A stretch of DNA of 64,000 bases from the human T2T-CHM13v2.0 reference genome, Homo sapiens. The stretch lies in assembly GCF_009914755.1 (NCBI RefSeq), contig NC_060928.1. One strand, written 5' to 3'. The notes under the pieces are model-generated. The model saw only the letters and a list, made by a program, of their open reading frames with translations, was not told the origin of the DNA and made no database searches. This document shows, piece by piece, positions 1 to 12,646 of the stretch (within the stretch, counting starts at the first letter, position 1; the number at the start of each line of letters is the position of its first letter). The position numbers and the translations under genes were made by a program.

Positions 1-809
1 TTATGAATCTGGGTGCTCCTGTATTGGGTGCATATATATTTAGGATAGTTAGCCCTTCTTATTGAATTGATACCTTTTCCATTATGTAATGGCCTTGTCT
101 CTTTTGATCTTTGTTGATTGAAAGTCTGTTTTATCCAGGACTAGGATTGCAACCCCTTTTTTTGTTTTCCATTTGCTTGGTAGATCTTCCTCCATCCCTT
201 TATTTTGAGCCTATGTGTGTCTCTGCACATGAGATGGGTCTCCTGAATACAGCACACTGATGGGCCTTGACTCTTTATCCAATTTGCCAGTCTGTGTCTT
301 TTAATTGGAGCATCTAGCCCATTTACATTTAAAGTTAATATTGTTATGTGTGAATTTGATCCTGTCATTATGATGTTAGCTGGTTATTTTGCTCATTAGT
401 TGACGCAGTTTCTTCCTAGCCTCGATGGTCTTTACAATTTGGCGTGTTTTTGCAGTGGCTCATACCGGTTGTTCCTTTCCATGTTTAGTGCTTCCTTCAG
501 TAGCTCTTGTAGGGCAGGCCTGGTGGTGACAAAATCTCTCAGCATTTGCTTGTCTGTAAAGGATTTTATTTCTCCTTCACTTATGAAGCTTAGTTTGGCT
601 GGATATGAAATTCTGGGTTGAAAATTCTTTTCTTTAAGAATGTTGAATATTGGCCCCCACTCTCTTCTGGCTTGTAGAATTTCTGCCAAGAGATCTGCTG
701 TTAGTCTGATGGGCTTCCCTTTGTGGGTAACCCGACCTTTCTCTCTGGCTGCCCTTAACATTTTTTCCTGCATTTCAACTTTGGTGAATCTGACAATTAT
801 GTGTCTTGG
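1..809 (-). mobile_element. L1PA5-7-like LINE-1, non-inverted body: ORF1 C-terminus, 63-bp spacer and ORF2 endonuclease start; continues off the left edge
   Basis: Minus-strand translation gives RHIIVRFTKVEM...PLQKHAKL* (ORF1p, stop at 432) and MTGSNSHITILTLNVNGL (ORF2p, ATG at 368); spacer 369-431 is 63 bp. Confidence 0.97.
141..368 (-). pseudogene. L1 ORF2p endonuclease N-terminus, frameshifted
   Basis: MTGSNSHITILTLNVNGL...CCIQETHL...IYQANGKQKK, then out of frame at the A-run (GLQS* instead of AGVAILV). Confidence 0.93.
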
Positions 810-2471
810 TTCCAAGATGGCCAAATAGGAACAGCTGCAGTCTACAGCTTCCAGCATGAGCGACGCAGAAGATAGTTGATTTCTGCATTTCCAACTGAGG
901 TACTGGGTGCATCTCACTGGGGCTTGTTGGACAGTGGGTGTAGGACAGTGGGTGCAGCCCACTGAGCATGAGCCAAAGCAGGGTGAGGCATCACCCCACC
1001 TAGGAAGTGCAAGGGGTCAGGGAATTCCATTTCCTAGCCAAGGGAAGCTGTGACAGATGGCACCTGGAAAATCGGGTCACTCCCACTCTAATACTGGGCT
1101 TTTCCAATGGTCTTAGCAAGCAGCACACCAGGAGATTATATCCCGTGCATGGCTTGGAGGGTCCCATGCCCACAGAGTCTCACTCATTGCTAGCACAGCA
1201 GTCTGAGATGAAACTGCAAGGTGTCAGTGAGGCTAGGGGACTGGCGCCCACCATTGCTGAGGCTTGAGTAGGCAAACAAAGCAGCCGGGAAGCTTGAACT
1301 TGGTGGAGCCCACTGCAGCTCAAGGAGGCCTGCCTGCCTCTGTAGATTCCACCTCTTGGGGCAGGACATTGCCAAACAAAAGGCAGCAGAAACCTCTGCA
1401 GACTTAAGTGTCCCTGTCTGACAGCTTTGAAGAGAGTAGTGGTTCTCCCAGCATGGAGTTTGAGATCTGAGAATGGTCAAACTGCCTCCTCAAGTGGGTC
1501 CCTGACCCCTGTGTAGCCTAACTGGGAGGCACCCCCCAGTAGGGGCAGACTGACACCTCACACGGCTGGGTACCTTTCTGAGATGAAGCTTCCAGAGGAA
1601 CAATCAGGCAGCAACATTTGCTGTTCAGCAATATTCGCTGTTCTGCAGTCTCCACTGCTGATACCCAGGCAAACAGGGTCTGGAGTGGACCTCCCGCAAA
1701 CTCCAACAGACCTGCTGCTGAGGGTCCTGACTGTTAGAAGGAAAACTAACAAACAGAAAGGACATCCACACCAAAACCCCATCTGTACGTCACCATCATC
1801 AAAGACCAAAGGTAGATAAAACCACAAAGATAGGGAAAAAACAGAGCAGAAAACCTGAAAATTCTAAAATTCAGAGTGCCTCTCCCCCTCCAAAGGAACA
1901 CAGCTCCTCACCAGCAACAGAACGAAGCTGGATGGAGAATGACTTTGACGAGTTGAGAGAAGAAGGCTTCAGGCGATCAAACTTCTCCTAGCTAAAGGAG
2001 GAAGTTTAAACCCATCACAAAGAAGCTAAAAATCTTGAAAAAAGATTAGATGAATGCCTAAATAGAATAACCAGTGTAGAGAAGTCCTTAAATGACCTGA
2101 TGGAGCTGAAAACCATGGCATGAGAACTACATGACAAATGCACAAGCTTCAGTAGCCGATTTGATCAACTGGAAGAAAGGGTATCAGTGATTGAAGATCA
2201 AATGAATGAAACGAAGCGAGAAGAGAAGTTCAGAGAAAAAAGAGTAAAAGGAAATGAACAAAGCCTCCAAGAAATATGGGACTATGGGAAAAGACCAAAT
2301 CTACGTCTGATTGGTGTACCTGAAAATGACAGGGAGAATGGAACCAAGTTGGAAAACACTCTGCAGGATATTATCCAGGAGAACTTCCCTAACCTAGCAA
2401 AGCAGGCCAACATTCAAATTCAGGAAATACAGAGAATGCCACAAAGATACTCCTCAAGAAGAGCAACTCCA
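808..2471 (+). mobile_element. Inverted 5' segment of the same L1: full 5'UTR (808-1829) plus disrupted ORF1 N-terminal part
   Basis: Starts GGTTCCAAGATGGCCAAATAGGAACAGC (L1 5' end); ORF1 ATG mutated to ATA at 1830; ends AGAGCAACTCCA, exactly where the minus segment resumes (CCAAGACACATAATT); followed by candidate TSD ATATCTATGTTTTT (2471-2484). Confidence 0.96.
813..822 (+). promoter_or_regulatory. YY1 site of the L1 5'UTR promoter
   Basis: CAAGATGGCC at the canonical position next to the L1 5' end. Confidence 0.8.
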
Positions 2472-2649
2472 TATCTATGTTTTTGAATGGTGTCCTGAGT
2501 TCCTTGAAAGAAATCTCTATTATAGGTTTCCTATAAATCTAATGTATTGATAAAAATATAAATAGAGGCTGGCCAAGGTCCAAGCCAGACCCAAACTAAG
2601 TGATGAGTGACACTAATGACTGTCCTCAGAGAAAAAGCATACCAGGGAG

Positions 2650-2900
2650 ATAGTATAGTATAGTAGTTATCATAGACCTTCAGGATAGGATTGCCTGGGT
2701 TTATATCCCTACTAGTTTAGTTACAGGATATGTAAGTTTAGGCAATTAATTAACCTATATGCCTCAGTTTTCTCATATGTAAAATATCAGTAACAATAGT
2801 ACCCAATTTAGAGAACTTGAAAGGATTAAAAAGGTAATTCATTAAAAAGGATTCACTTCCTAGTGCATTATAATGGCTGAATAATTTTTAACGCTTATTA
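2650..2900 (+). mobile_element. MIR SINE
   Basis: MIR core GCCTCAGTTTTCTCATATGTAAAA with preceding TGCCTGGGTT. Confidence 0.75.
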
Positions 2901-3765
2901 TTATTCTGAGGGTGAGGAGATGAAACTTGAAATGGTTATGGCTTTTCTCTCTCATTCTTTTTCTAGCTACCTCCATCCTTACAAAACACAAGTCACATGC
3001 ACAGGCACACACACAGAAACACGCACAGAGTATTTGCTGGCCTTATTGGTGAGATTTCTCTTCCCTACCATCTTCATCACCATCTCCAACTCTATTAGTA
3101 ATTTGGGCTGGAATTAGTAATTTAACTATTGTAGAAGGAAATAAACGAGTAGTATGAAAACTCATGAGACCTCCTCGGTCACATCAAGTTCTCCATTAAC
3201 ATTTTGACCAGAAAGTGCCATTCTAAGATGTGGGATGCGTGCCTAGTTTTTTAAAAAACTGATACTTTTATTTCCTCTGTGACCATTATTTCTTGTATAG
3301 AATACATTCTTGCTCTAGCCACAAGGATCTTCTTTGTGCCTTGACGTGTCTTTGTTATTACCATTCATTGTAGCAACTCATTATTTGCAGGGTATTGGTC
3401 TATATTTTTCCAGCTAAAAATTAAAACTCCTGTGTTTCTAAAGCCCTCTAAGCTAAAACTAGATGCATTTTAAGGAACAAATCAGCTTCATATCTGATGT
3501 ATAGGCCATACAAAGGTTCACTAAACCACACAATGTTATGACCAGAGACATTCAAACTGCAAACTAAAAAAAGAATTTGGATTTTTCATGCTGTAAATAG
3601 CTTTTTCCACCATGTCAGAACAAAATTCCATATTGTAATAAGACTCTTACCTCTCTTGATGTCTACATTTTCTATTTGACAACATAATGGTGCAATTAGA
3701 ATTTTGCAATCAGTTTCTTCTTTTGATAACAAAACCTAACCTGAGAAATTTTTTAACATCCACTT

Positions 3766-4183
3766 TGATAAAAGAAAAACTTCAGCCGAGTTAAATTTAA
3801 AGGAGTTTAATTGAGCAATGAATGATTAGGGAATCCGGCAGCCCCCAGAATCAGAGACTCCAGCACAGCCATTTGGATCAAAGAAGATTTATAGACAAAA
3901 AAGGGAAATTGACATACAGAAATGGGAAGTGAGTTATAGAATGGCTGGATTGGTTACCGCTCAGCATATGCCTTATTTGAACACAGTTTGAACACTCAGC
4001 AGTGTATGAATGGTTGAAGTATGGCCACTGGGATTTCTCAAAACTTAGCTATTGTTACAGGCACGTACTGCTACGTTAGGTTTTCCATCTCATCTACTAT
4101 TAAGCTAGGTTACAGTTCATCCACAAGGACTCAAATATAGAAGTACAGAGTCCTTCTCAGGCCATGTTTAGTTTGCTTTAACA
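3766..4183 (-). mobile_element. MER57-family ERV1 solo LTR
   Basis: TG...CA termini, 4-bp TSD ACTT (3762-3765 / 4184-4187); minus strand begins TGTTAAAGCAAACTAAACATGGCCTGAGAAGGACTC. Confidence 0.88.
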
Positions 4184-4202
4184 ACTTGTTAAATAAGAAA
4201 AT

Positions 4203-4796
4203 GTTTGTGCCACTGCTAATACTACATTACCTGGATAAAATACTCTGGAAAAGTTGAGAATCATAAGTACTAATAAGAAAAAATAATAAGAAATAAAAAT
4301 GAGAAAATAGGCCACATGTTTTCAACAGGTGTCACCTAAATCCCGAGGATCATTGATTTATTCAATTGCTTTACTTTAAGCCTAGGTTCATGGCCCAAAA
4401 CCATTATGAAACCTGGAATTGACATATTACTATTAATTTTACTTTGTATTTTGTTTCTATTACTTGTTTAATTCTTGAAGAATACAGCTTCTAACAAAAT
4501 AGTACTGGCCCAGCACATTCTGATGATAGCACAAGACCATGGAATGGCCAAAATGGAACTTAATAGTAGACTCAGGGCAGACTAAGCCTGAAAGCCACCC
4601 GCTTCAAACCTCCCCTGTTGCTCAAATGTGACTAAACAGTTTGACACTGACTCCTAGTTCCCAATCACTCTCCCAAATTGAGACTCGGTCAACAATTGGA
4701 GCACGTTCATCCTGGCACTGAGGAACATCAAAACCCAACTAGAAGATGACTGCTCAGTGATGCTTTTGAAGAAAGATCTTGATCAAAAAGGGGAAA
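4203..4796 (+). pseudogene. ERV1 internal 3' end: degraded env TM domain, 3' untranslated region and polypurine tract
   Basis: 4203+ reads VCATANTT/TWIKYSGKVE (CX6CC-region remnant, frameshifted); 4355-4471 reads DLFNCFTLSLGSWPKTIMKPGIDILLLILLCILFLLLV*; PPT AAAAAGGGGAAA at 4785-4796. Confidence 0.72.
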
Positions 4797-4798
4797 TG

Positions 4799-5087
<289 letters not shown>

Positions 5088-5100
5088 GGGGAGAGGGAGA

Positions 5101-5517
5101 TGTAAAAATTTTCAGGATGAAAATAAAGCCACTAATATTAAAAAAGAAAAAACCCTGACAAATAGAATAGAGCCAGAAAATGCCATGAAGAGAGGGTTCT
5201 CAGGCTTGTATAACAAAAATATCACAAACGACTCTGCAAATGCCACAACCTTGCACAAAGGCCATCACAACCTTACACAAAAAATACTTCTGCAAAGGCA
5301 TTTGCCAGCAACTGCCTGTCCAACCTCGAACTGGCATCACCCTTACTATTGATCTTTCTAGCCAAGGATATTTCTTTCAAAACAATTATATAATCCTCCT
5401 CATTTTTTTTCCTTTAAAAACATTTGTCCTTTTCCTTCCTGAATAAAAACATGGTTTACTAAATCTGTTCCCTTGTTCTTTTAGAGAGTTTTTTTCTAGT
5501 TGCTATTTAGGTTGACA
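5101..5517 (+). mobile_element. MER4-group ERV1 3' LTR (MER65-like)
   Basis: TG start after the PPT, CCACAACCTTGCACAAAGGCCATC motif, ends TATTTAGGTTGACA. Confidence 0.78.
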
Positions 5518-5529
5518 GATAAACATTAC

Positions 5530-5670
5530 TTGTTTTATTTATAGCTGAGGAAATAAGACTCAGAGAATATATGTAACTTGCACCAAATCACACTGCAGGT
5601 AGGAAGTGGAGTAAGAAATGAAAGTGAAATCCATACAAAACCACAGTTCATATTCTTGGCACCATTCCAC
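5530..5670 (-). mobile_element. MIR fragment
   Basis: TTTATAGCTGAGGAAATAAGACTCAGAGA...AACTTGCACCAAATCACAC. Confidence 0.7.
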
Positions 5671-5744
5671 AGTGTTTCAACTGGACCATTAAATAATACA
5701 TGAACACAAAATGCTCAGGCCTTAGAGAGAGTGTTACCATCATG

Positions 5745-5930
5745 GAAGCAGTAAGACTCATTAAAAAATTAGCGATTTGGCAGTTGGACTGCCTGGGTTC
5801 TAGTCACCAGCTAATTTTATGACTTAGGGTAACATATTTAGCCAAGTCTCATTTACATAAAATGAAGGTGATGATACCTGCCTTACAGGGTAAACATGAA
5901 GACTAAATGATAAATATGATGCATAGGGTT
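5745..5930 (+). mobile_element. MIR fragment
   Basis: GACTGCCTGGGTTC...TCTCATTTACATAAAATGAAGGTGATGATACCTGCCTTACAGGG. Confidence 0.7.
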
Positions 5931-6569
5931 ATGTGATGTTGTATATATATCTGTCTTTAATTTAAAACATAAATAGTAGATATAATCTCATTAGCTCTAC
6001 AAATAAGAAAAACTATTTACTAAACATTTAGAGAAAATTCATATTTTAATAACACAGCTTGCTAGACTACTCTAACTTCTTACAGAATGAAAATGGGTAT
6101 GTCACCTTTCACGCTTTTATACTAAAAGAACTTAACGAAACTAAAGAAAAAAAAGCTTGAGAATACTCTTTGTCTTTAATATAAAACCAGATATTAAAAA
6201 TAACATTTATACCTTTAGCATCCTTTTGAAAAAATTGCAATCTAAATGTGTGAATGTAGCTGACAACAAAAAGTTGGCACTGGTGTTTCCATAAGTGGGT
6301 TATCTGAAACTGCCTGGAGATAAGAGATAAAAAGTCCATGTGTTTTACTGAGATAAATACAGAAGGTTTCCTAATTTACTGAACACAGATTTGAGATTAT
6401 CAGGGTTCATGCTCTGCCATGAGAAAAAAAAAATGGTGCATGTGTTTTCTGTAAGGTTTTAATAGATGATTAGATTATCAAGCACATCATTTTCCACTCA
6501 GCAACTGGGTCCTGAACAGAATTTACTGAAAAGAGTAGTCTGTGTTTCAGTGGGAAAATATAATTTCAA

Positions 6570-6948
6570 TGCTATGGTTTGAATAAGTACCTTTCACAAT
6601 TCGGGTGTTTTCAAAGTGATTGTATTTAGAGGTGTGGTCTTTGGGAGGTGATTGGGTCATGAGGTCTCTGCCATCATGAAAGGGATTAGGTGCCCCTACA
6701 ACAAAAGCTGGGCAGACAGAGTTCACCCCTTTTTATCCTTCTGCCTCCCACCACACAAGGACCCAGCTTTCCTCCCGGCAGGAGGATGCTGCATCAAGGC
6801 ATCACCTTGAAAGCGAAGAGCAGCCTTCGCCACATGCTGGCCCCTTGATCTCGGACTTCCCAGCATACAAAACTGTGAGAAATAAATTTCTTTTCTTTAT
6901 ACATTTCTCACTCTGTGTTATTTGGTTATAGTAGTGCAAAGTAAGGCA
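6570..6948 (+). mobile_element. MaLR solo LTR (MSTC/MSTD/MLT1A-like)
   Basis: Starts TGCTATGGTTTGAAT; CCTTGATCTCGGACTTCCCAGC...AACTGTGAGAAATAAATTTC. Confidence 0.85.
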
Positions 6949-8150
6949 TCCATCATGTTAATAGGATGGAAAAGGTAGAGTAAATGTTACAGGCATTTTG
7001 GAATTATTTTTCTGGAGTAACCACTTGAACTACTGAGAGAAGATTGACAGAAAGGCTACACCAATGTTCCTTTTGTGTCAATGATCAAAAGAGATTGATA
7101 TTCCATTGAACACATTATTTTATCCAAGAAGGTTAAAACTAAACCCAAAGGACTGCTATTTTTGACTAAGGAGAAATTCTTTCAGAAGGCAATTGATTCA
7201 ATGTATATGGCCCTCTGAGCATATGGCACTTCCATATAACCCCTTCCTCAGAATATTTTTACCTGAACTGGTTCTATATGATTTTGTATCTATTTTCATT
7301 GTTTGAAATGATGACTCCATTCCAGTTGAAGTATGGCATATCTATTGTGTAGAAAGACAAGGAAGAAAATAATGTCTGTAGCTACTAAAGCATTACTGAT
7401 ATTTCCTGAGAATGCAATACTTACAAAGGTTGAGAAATTCACAGGTTATAAACTACATACACTTTTATAGACCCATTGAAGAAAAGCTCAATTAATTGTA
7501 AACCTTGTTGCAACATTTCTTTGGGGGAAATGGATAGATTATGTTCATTTTGCTAAACTCATTCTGCTTAAAACATTATTTTGGGGAAATATCTGTGTTC
7601 TTGGTTTCACAAATGTGAACTCATTAGCCAAGTTCAGACATAGACTCACACATTTACCTTTATGCAATTTCTTTTTCCCCTAATTATGAGATTTTCTCTT
7701 GCTCTAGTAATTTTGACTGTGTGGAGAAAGTATGCTGGAAAATAAACTCTGAATTGAAAGTACAGGAACCTGATTTGAAGCAGTCATACTAATTCTCCTT
7801 TCTACCTCTTGTTTACTTTATCCAGATATCAAAACTTTTAAAGTCAGCTTTTACAAAATGAATGGTACAGTCTAAATTCTATGTTCCAGATCCCAGGGAT
7901 ATAGAATAATGTAAGGAGAGCAAGAGAAAGGGTCAATAGTTTTGGTTTTCAGTTGGAATATGTAGAGGGAGAGAATCATTTCCAAATGGTCTCAGTCTAC
8001 AGGTCAAAACTGGAAAATTTTTCACGTCATTTCCCACTCCAAAATTCCATGAAATATATATCTATTGCATTGAAGAAGAAGTTGATCCCAGTTGATCTTT
8101 GAGTTAAGCTTTTCTTGTAAATGCTATATCTTAAATATGTTCTAAATGCA

Positions 8151-8320
8151 CTTTATTTATTTACTTACTTATTAGAGATAGGCTCTTGCTGTGCCGCCCA
8201 GGCTGGAATGCAGCAGCATAATCATAGCTCACTGCAGCCCGGAAGCTCTGGACTCAAGTGATCCTCCCACCTCAGCCTCTTGAGTCACTGGGATTACTGG
8301 TGTGAGCCACTGCACCGAGC
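8151..8320 (-). mobile_element. Alu monomer (FAM/FRAM-like)
   Basis: Single ~170-bp Alu arm with (TTTA)n tail, ending GTGAGCCACTGCACCGAGCC. Confidence 0.85.
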
Positions 8321-8794
8321 CACTTCACATTTTTGTGTTCAGAATCTTACCATAGATGACTGGAGGCAGAGTAGTCCCCACAATACAGACTACATCGTCT
8401 TAGGTGGCTACTTAAACACTGGTTTGTTGTCTCCAAGAGATGAAGGTCATTTAAATTTGAATATCAATTCTCATGCCATTTCAGATTTTTAGAATCCATC
8501 AGAAAGCAAATAATTATTTGCACAGACACTTATCAGACAGTCAGTCTTATTCATTGTCCCCTCACAAAAATATAGCCCATAATAAACAGACAATGTTGTT
8601 TATTTCCTCAGCCTGGTTTGCACAAGTCTTATAGTCCTTTAAGCAATCTTGATCCATATAATCACTGTGTGACTGCTATTCTCAGGAACACTCCTGAAAT
8701 TCTGGTTTTCATCCAGCACAAACATCCAGTAAAAGCTTAGTGGAAAGTTCATATATCAACTATGATCTGTAAAATTTTCCTGGTACAAAATACA

Positions 8795-9295
8795 GCAGGT
8801 ATGGAGGTGTGTTCTCAGAACTCTCTTCAAGAGAGCCTACTTTGAGTAGCATAGTTGAATGACAGCTTCCATGTATGGGCACTTTGATCATTCACTTCAA
8901 GGCCTCACATCCTCCTGGCTGCTCCCAGCTAATGACTGAGTATAGCAGGCTGCTAGTGCTGCCCCATTTGTTTCTGAAGTGGAAACATTTGTAACTTTGA
9001 CTCAAAGACTCCAAATTAGACTTGTGGAGCCTTTCTCAGAACTTTATTGCAATCGGAGGCTCCTCTTACCCAATCTTACTTTCTTCCTCTCTCGTTTCTC
9101 TGGTGTGAGAACAGCATGGCAGTCCAAAGGCTCTACCTTCTAACTCTTTCTCCTTCTCCTGTTGTCATTCGCAGGAGTTGTCTAAATCTCGATCACTATT
9201 TACTGTTATTATTTGGTGATAAATCTCTTTTAATAAATCTCTCGCACACTTAATATGTCTTGGCATCTACATCTCAGAGGGCCCAAGCCAACACA
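8795..9295 (+). mobile_element. ERVL LTR (LTR16-like)
   Basis: 3' end AATAAATCTCTCGCACACTTAAT...TCTTGGCATCTACATCTCAGAGGGCCCAAGCCAACACA. Confidence 0.7.
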
Positions 9296-9464
9296 GAAAG
9301 TGAGCATTGAGAGCTTTTATTCTATTCAGGAGAATTTCTTCGGTTCGACAATATTACATGACTAGTTGTAAATATAAAATACTCAAAAAATACGTGGTCT
9401 GAAGTTCAAGTGTCTTTCCTCAAGGAAAGCATTAAGAGTAAAGACATTCATTTATTCCCTCATG

Positions 9465-9590
9465 TATTAATCCATTCATTCAATCAATAAAATGGTCATT
9501 AAAACAGATGTGGCTCACACACAGCAGACGAAGTGCTGTACCAGAATAAGATGGTCTTAGTCATCATAAAGCTTACAGTCTAATGTAGCA
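9465..9590 (-). mobile_element. L2 3' fragment
   Basis: (CATT)n-like tail then AATAAGATGGTC...AAGCTTACAGTCTA. Confidence 0.55.
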
Positions 9591-9699
9591 AGTCTTAAAT
9601 ATTTTTTGTTGTTGTTTAGGGGCCTCTTGGGGTTTGATAAACGCTATGGACATGGTCCCCAGAAAATTCATATGCACATATGCATATAAGAACATTCTG

Positions 9700-9991
9700 A
9701 AGCTGGGCACAGTGGCTCATGCTTATAATCCCAGCACTTTGGGAGGCTGAGGCAGGAGGATCACTTGAAGCCAGGAGTTCAATACCAGCCTGGGCAACAA
9801 AGCAAGAGCACATTTGTACAAATCGTGTTTTAAAAAACAAGCCTGGTATAGCAGTGTGCACCTGTAGTCCCAGCTACTTAGGAGGCTGATGAGAGAGGAT
9901 CACTTGAGCCAAGGACGTTGATGCTGCAGCGAGCTATGATCGTGGGAGTGCACTCCAGCCTGGGTGACACAGCGAGATCCTGTCTCAAGAA
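9700..9991 (+). mobile_element. AluJ
   Basis: GGAGGATCACTTGA in both arms; 12-bp TSD AAGAACATTCTG (9688-9699 / 9992-10003). Confidence 0.95.
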
Positions 9992-10794
9992 AAGAACATT
10001 CTGCGTAAATACTGGAGATTTCATGAACATAATTCTAACAGCTTGAGTTCCTCCTTTGTCCTGGCTCATGTGGGAATCTGGCTCTAGTAACTGCAATCCT
10101 GCCATGTTCTTCCATACTCAGGTTCCTACTTTCGGCACCTTTACTATAATCCAGATTCTCTCAATCGAGCATAGTCTTTTCTTCCTTCCTATAGAGACTG
10201 GAAAACAATCTCTGGAATAGAGTCTGGCTTCTCCAGAATTGTTAGTTTGCTTTCTGGGATTTCTCTTCATGACCGAAAGGCATCATTTTTCAACTGTGTA
10301 ATTCCAGCAGCCTCCTAGCCCTTCTCTCCAATATCTCCTTATTCTGTTCTGTCATATTCTAAAACCAGATTCTCTTAATATTCATGAAGCACAGATTTGC
10401 AGATGACCCTTCTGTTATCAATCAGATTCTCCTGTCCTCTTGCCCATGGAAGAAGGCACATTGAACTCAATCATTATAAACATCCTCTACATAAACTCCA
10501 TGTTCCAGAGAAAGTCTAGTCTTTGCTTGTCATTGAAGACAATGCTCATTTTCCTGCCTCAGTGGTTTCTGTCAACTAAAATGCTTTCTATCCCCTTTTC
10601 TGATTATCTCTGTCCAGGTGTTAAGGCCTGAATAAAATGCCCACTCTTCCATGGTATACAAGCAAGGGAAGTAATATGAGTTGAAATAAAAGTGGTTAAG
10701 AGGGAATGGAAAGTAAAGAATTCATGTAAGACCTATTTTAAAGGTAGAAGTAAATGTACTTAGTTTCTGATTTTAAATATGAGGATAATATTAA

Positions 10795-11030
10795 ATATTA
10801 ATAAAAACTACCAATTTGTAGCACTTACCCTGTATCTACCTCTACAAATTGTGTTCTACATGAATTAGTTATTTTATATAAATATCCTGGACAGGAAGTT
10901 GCTATTATTATCCTAGTATATAGATGAGAAAATAGATCCTTACAGATGTTAGTAAACTATTTAAGGTTTCACAGCTTCCAGAGTAAAGTTGACATTTTAA
11001 TTCAGGTATGTCTAACCTATATTATGGTCT
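10795..11030 (-). mobile_element. MIR
   Basis: TATTATTATCCTAGTATATAGATGAGAAAATAGAT core. Confidence 0.6.
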
Positions 11031-11234
11031 TAACCGTGAAGACATGACTTGGAGGCTTGTAGCCTGAGGGAACTGGTAAAAAATTGTGAGAGAAATAAGC
11101 AAAACAATTTTTCTTTTTAAAACATTTAACTTTGAAACATTTAAATAATATGTAGAAGGAGACATTCACCAGATAGTTGCAATCAGAGAAATGGAATTTG
11201 GAAAGGAATAATTAATACAGGTATTGATGGAGAT

Positions 11235-12301
11235 TCCAAAAACAATTGAAACAAAAACAAAAATTGACAAATGGGACGTAATTATGGACCTTCTGCATAG
11301 AAAAAATCAACTATCAACAGAGTAAACAGGCAACCTACAGAATGGGAGAAAATATTTGCAAAATATGTATCTAACTAAGGTCTAACAGCCAGAATCTACA
11401 AGGGACATAAACAAATAAGCAAGCAAAGAAACAAAACAAACCAAAAAAATAAAAAATGGGCAGAGGATATGAACAGACGTTTCTCAAATGAAGATATATA
11501 CACCATCAACAAGCATATGAGAAAATGTTCAATGTCACTCATCATTAGATAAATGTAAACCAAAACCACAATGAGATACCATCTTACACCAGTCGGAATG
11601 ACTATTACTAAGTAGAAAATAACATTCTGGTGAGGCCGCAGAGAAAAGAGAGAGCTTATACACTGCAGGTGGGAATGTAAATTAGTTCAGCCACTGTGGG
11701 AAGCAGTTTGGAGATATCTCAAAGAACTTGAAACAGAACTACCATTCAACCCAAAAATCTCATTACTGGGTAAATACCCAAAAGAATATAAATCATTCTA
11801 CCATAAAGGCACATGCACATGTATGTTCATTGCAGCACTATTCATAATAGCAGAGACATGGAGTCAACCTAGATGCCCATCAACAGTGGACTAGATAAAG
11901 AAGATGTGGTACAGATACACTATGGACTACTAGGAAGCCATAAAAAAAGAATGAAATTGTGTACTTTGCAGCAATGTGGATGGAAATGGAGGCCATTATC
12001 CCAAGCAAATTGGTGCAGGAACAGAAAACCAAATACTGCATGTTCTCACTTATAAGTGGGAGCTAATCATGGAGTACACATGAAACACAAAACAGGGCAC
12101 ACACAATAGACATCAAGGCCTGCTTGAGAGTGGAGGGTAGGAAAAAGTTGAGGTTAGAAAAACTACCAACAGGTACTATGCTCATCTCCTGAATGATGAA
12201 ATAATCTGTACACCAAACCCCCATGACACACAATTTACCCATGTTACAAACCTGCACATGCATCCCCTGCACCTAAAATAAAAGTTGAAAAGAAAAAAAA
12301 A
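11235..12301 (+). mobile_element. L1PA15/16-like 3' end, 5'-truncated
   Basis: Degraded ORF2 C-terminus (KIDKWD...); 3'UTR ends CCTGCACATGCATCCCCTGCACCTAAAATAAAAGTTG plus A tail. Confidence 0.92.
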
Positions 12302-12646
12302 GTTATTTACTTGAAATGAAAGATAAAGTTTTAAGAGTAGGTGCAGTAACAAATGAGAGAACAATGAAGAAAAGAGAAGGAGGCCAAAGGCTAATATTCT
12401 GGAAAAACTTCCACGAATAATGATGAGGAAAAAATGGAAAAGGAAGACAGGAGAATTTCATGACAGATTCCAGGGCCAATAGTGTCATAATATGGAAGTA
12501 TGTTGTAATACGGAAATGGTAATATGTTCCAATATGGAAAATAATTTGATGATCTAAGGTCAGAATATCTTGGAGGTCCCTGAACAAGAGTTACAGCGGA
12601 GCAGTAGCAGTTAAAGCCAGATGGGAAGAGATTAAGGAGTTATATA

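Noticed and set aside
929-957. Short tandem duplication GGACAGTGGGTG(T/C)AG
   Set aside because: Recalled as part of the L1PA 5'UTR consensus, not locus-specific
1180-1254. L1 ORF0 (minus strand, MVGASPLASLTPCSFISDCCASNE*)
   Set aside because: Recognisable but truncated by a TGA after 24 codons
3481-3500. ATCAGCTTCATATCTGAT resembling a U2 snRNA stem
   Set aside because: Only ~18 nt with mismatches and no flanking U2 similarity; consistent with chance
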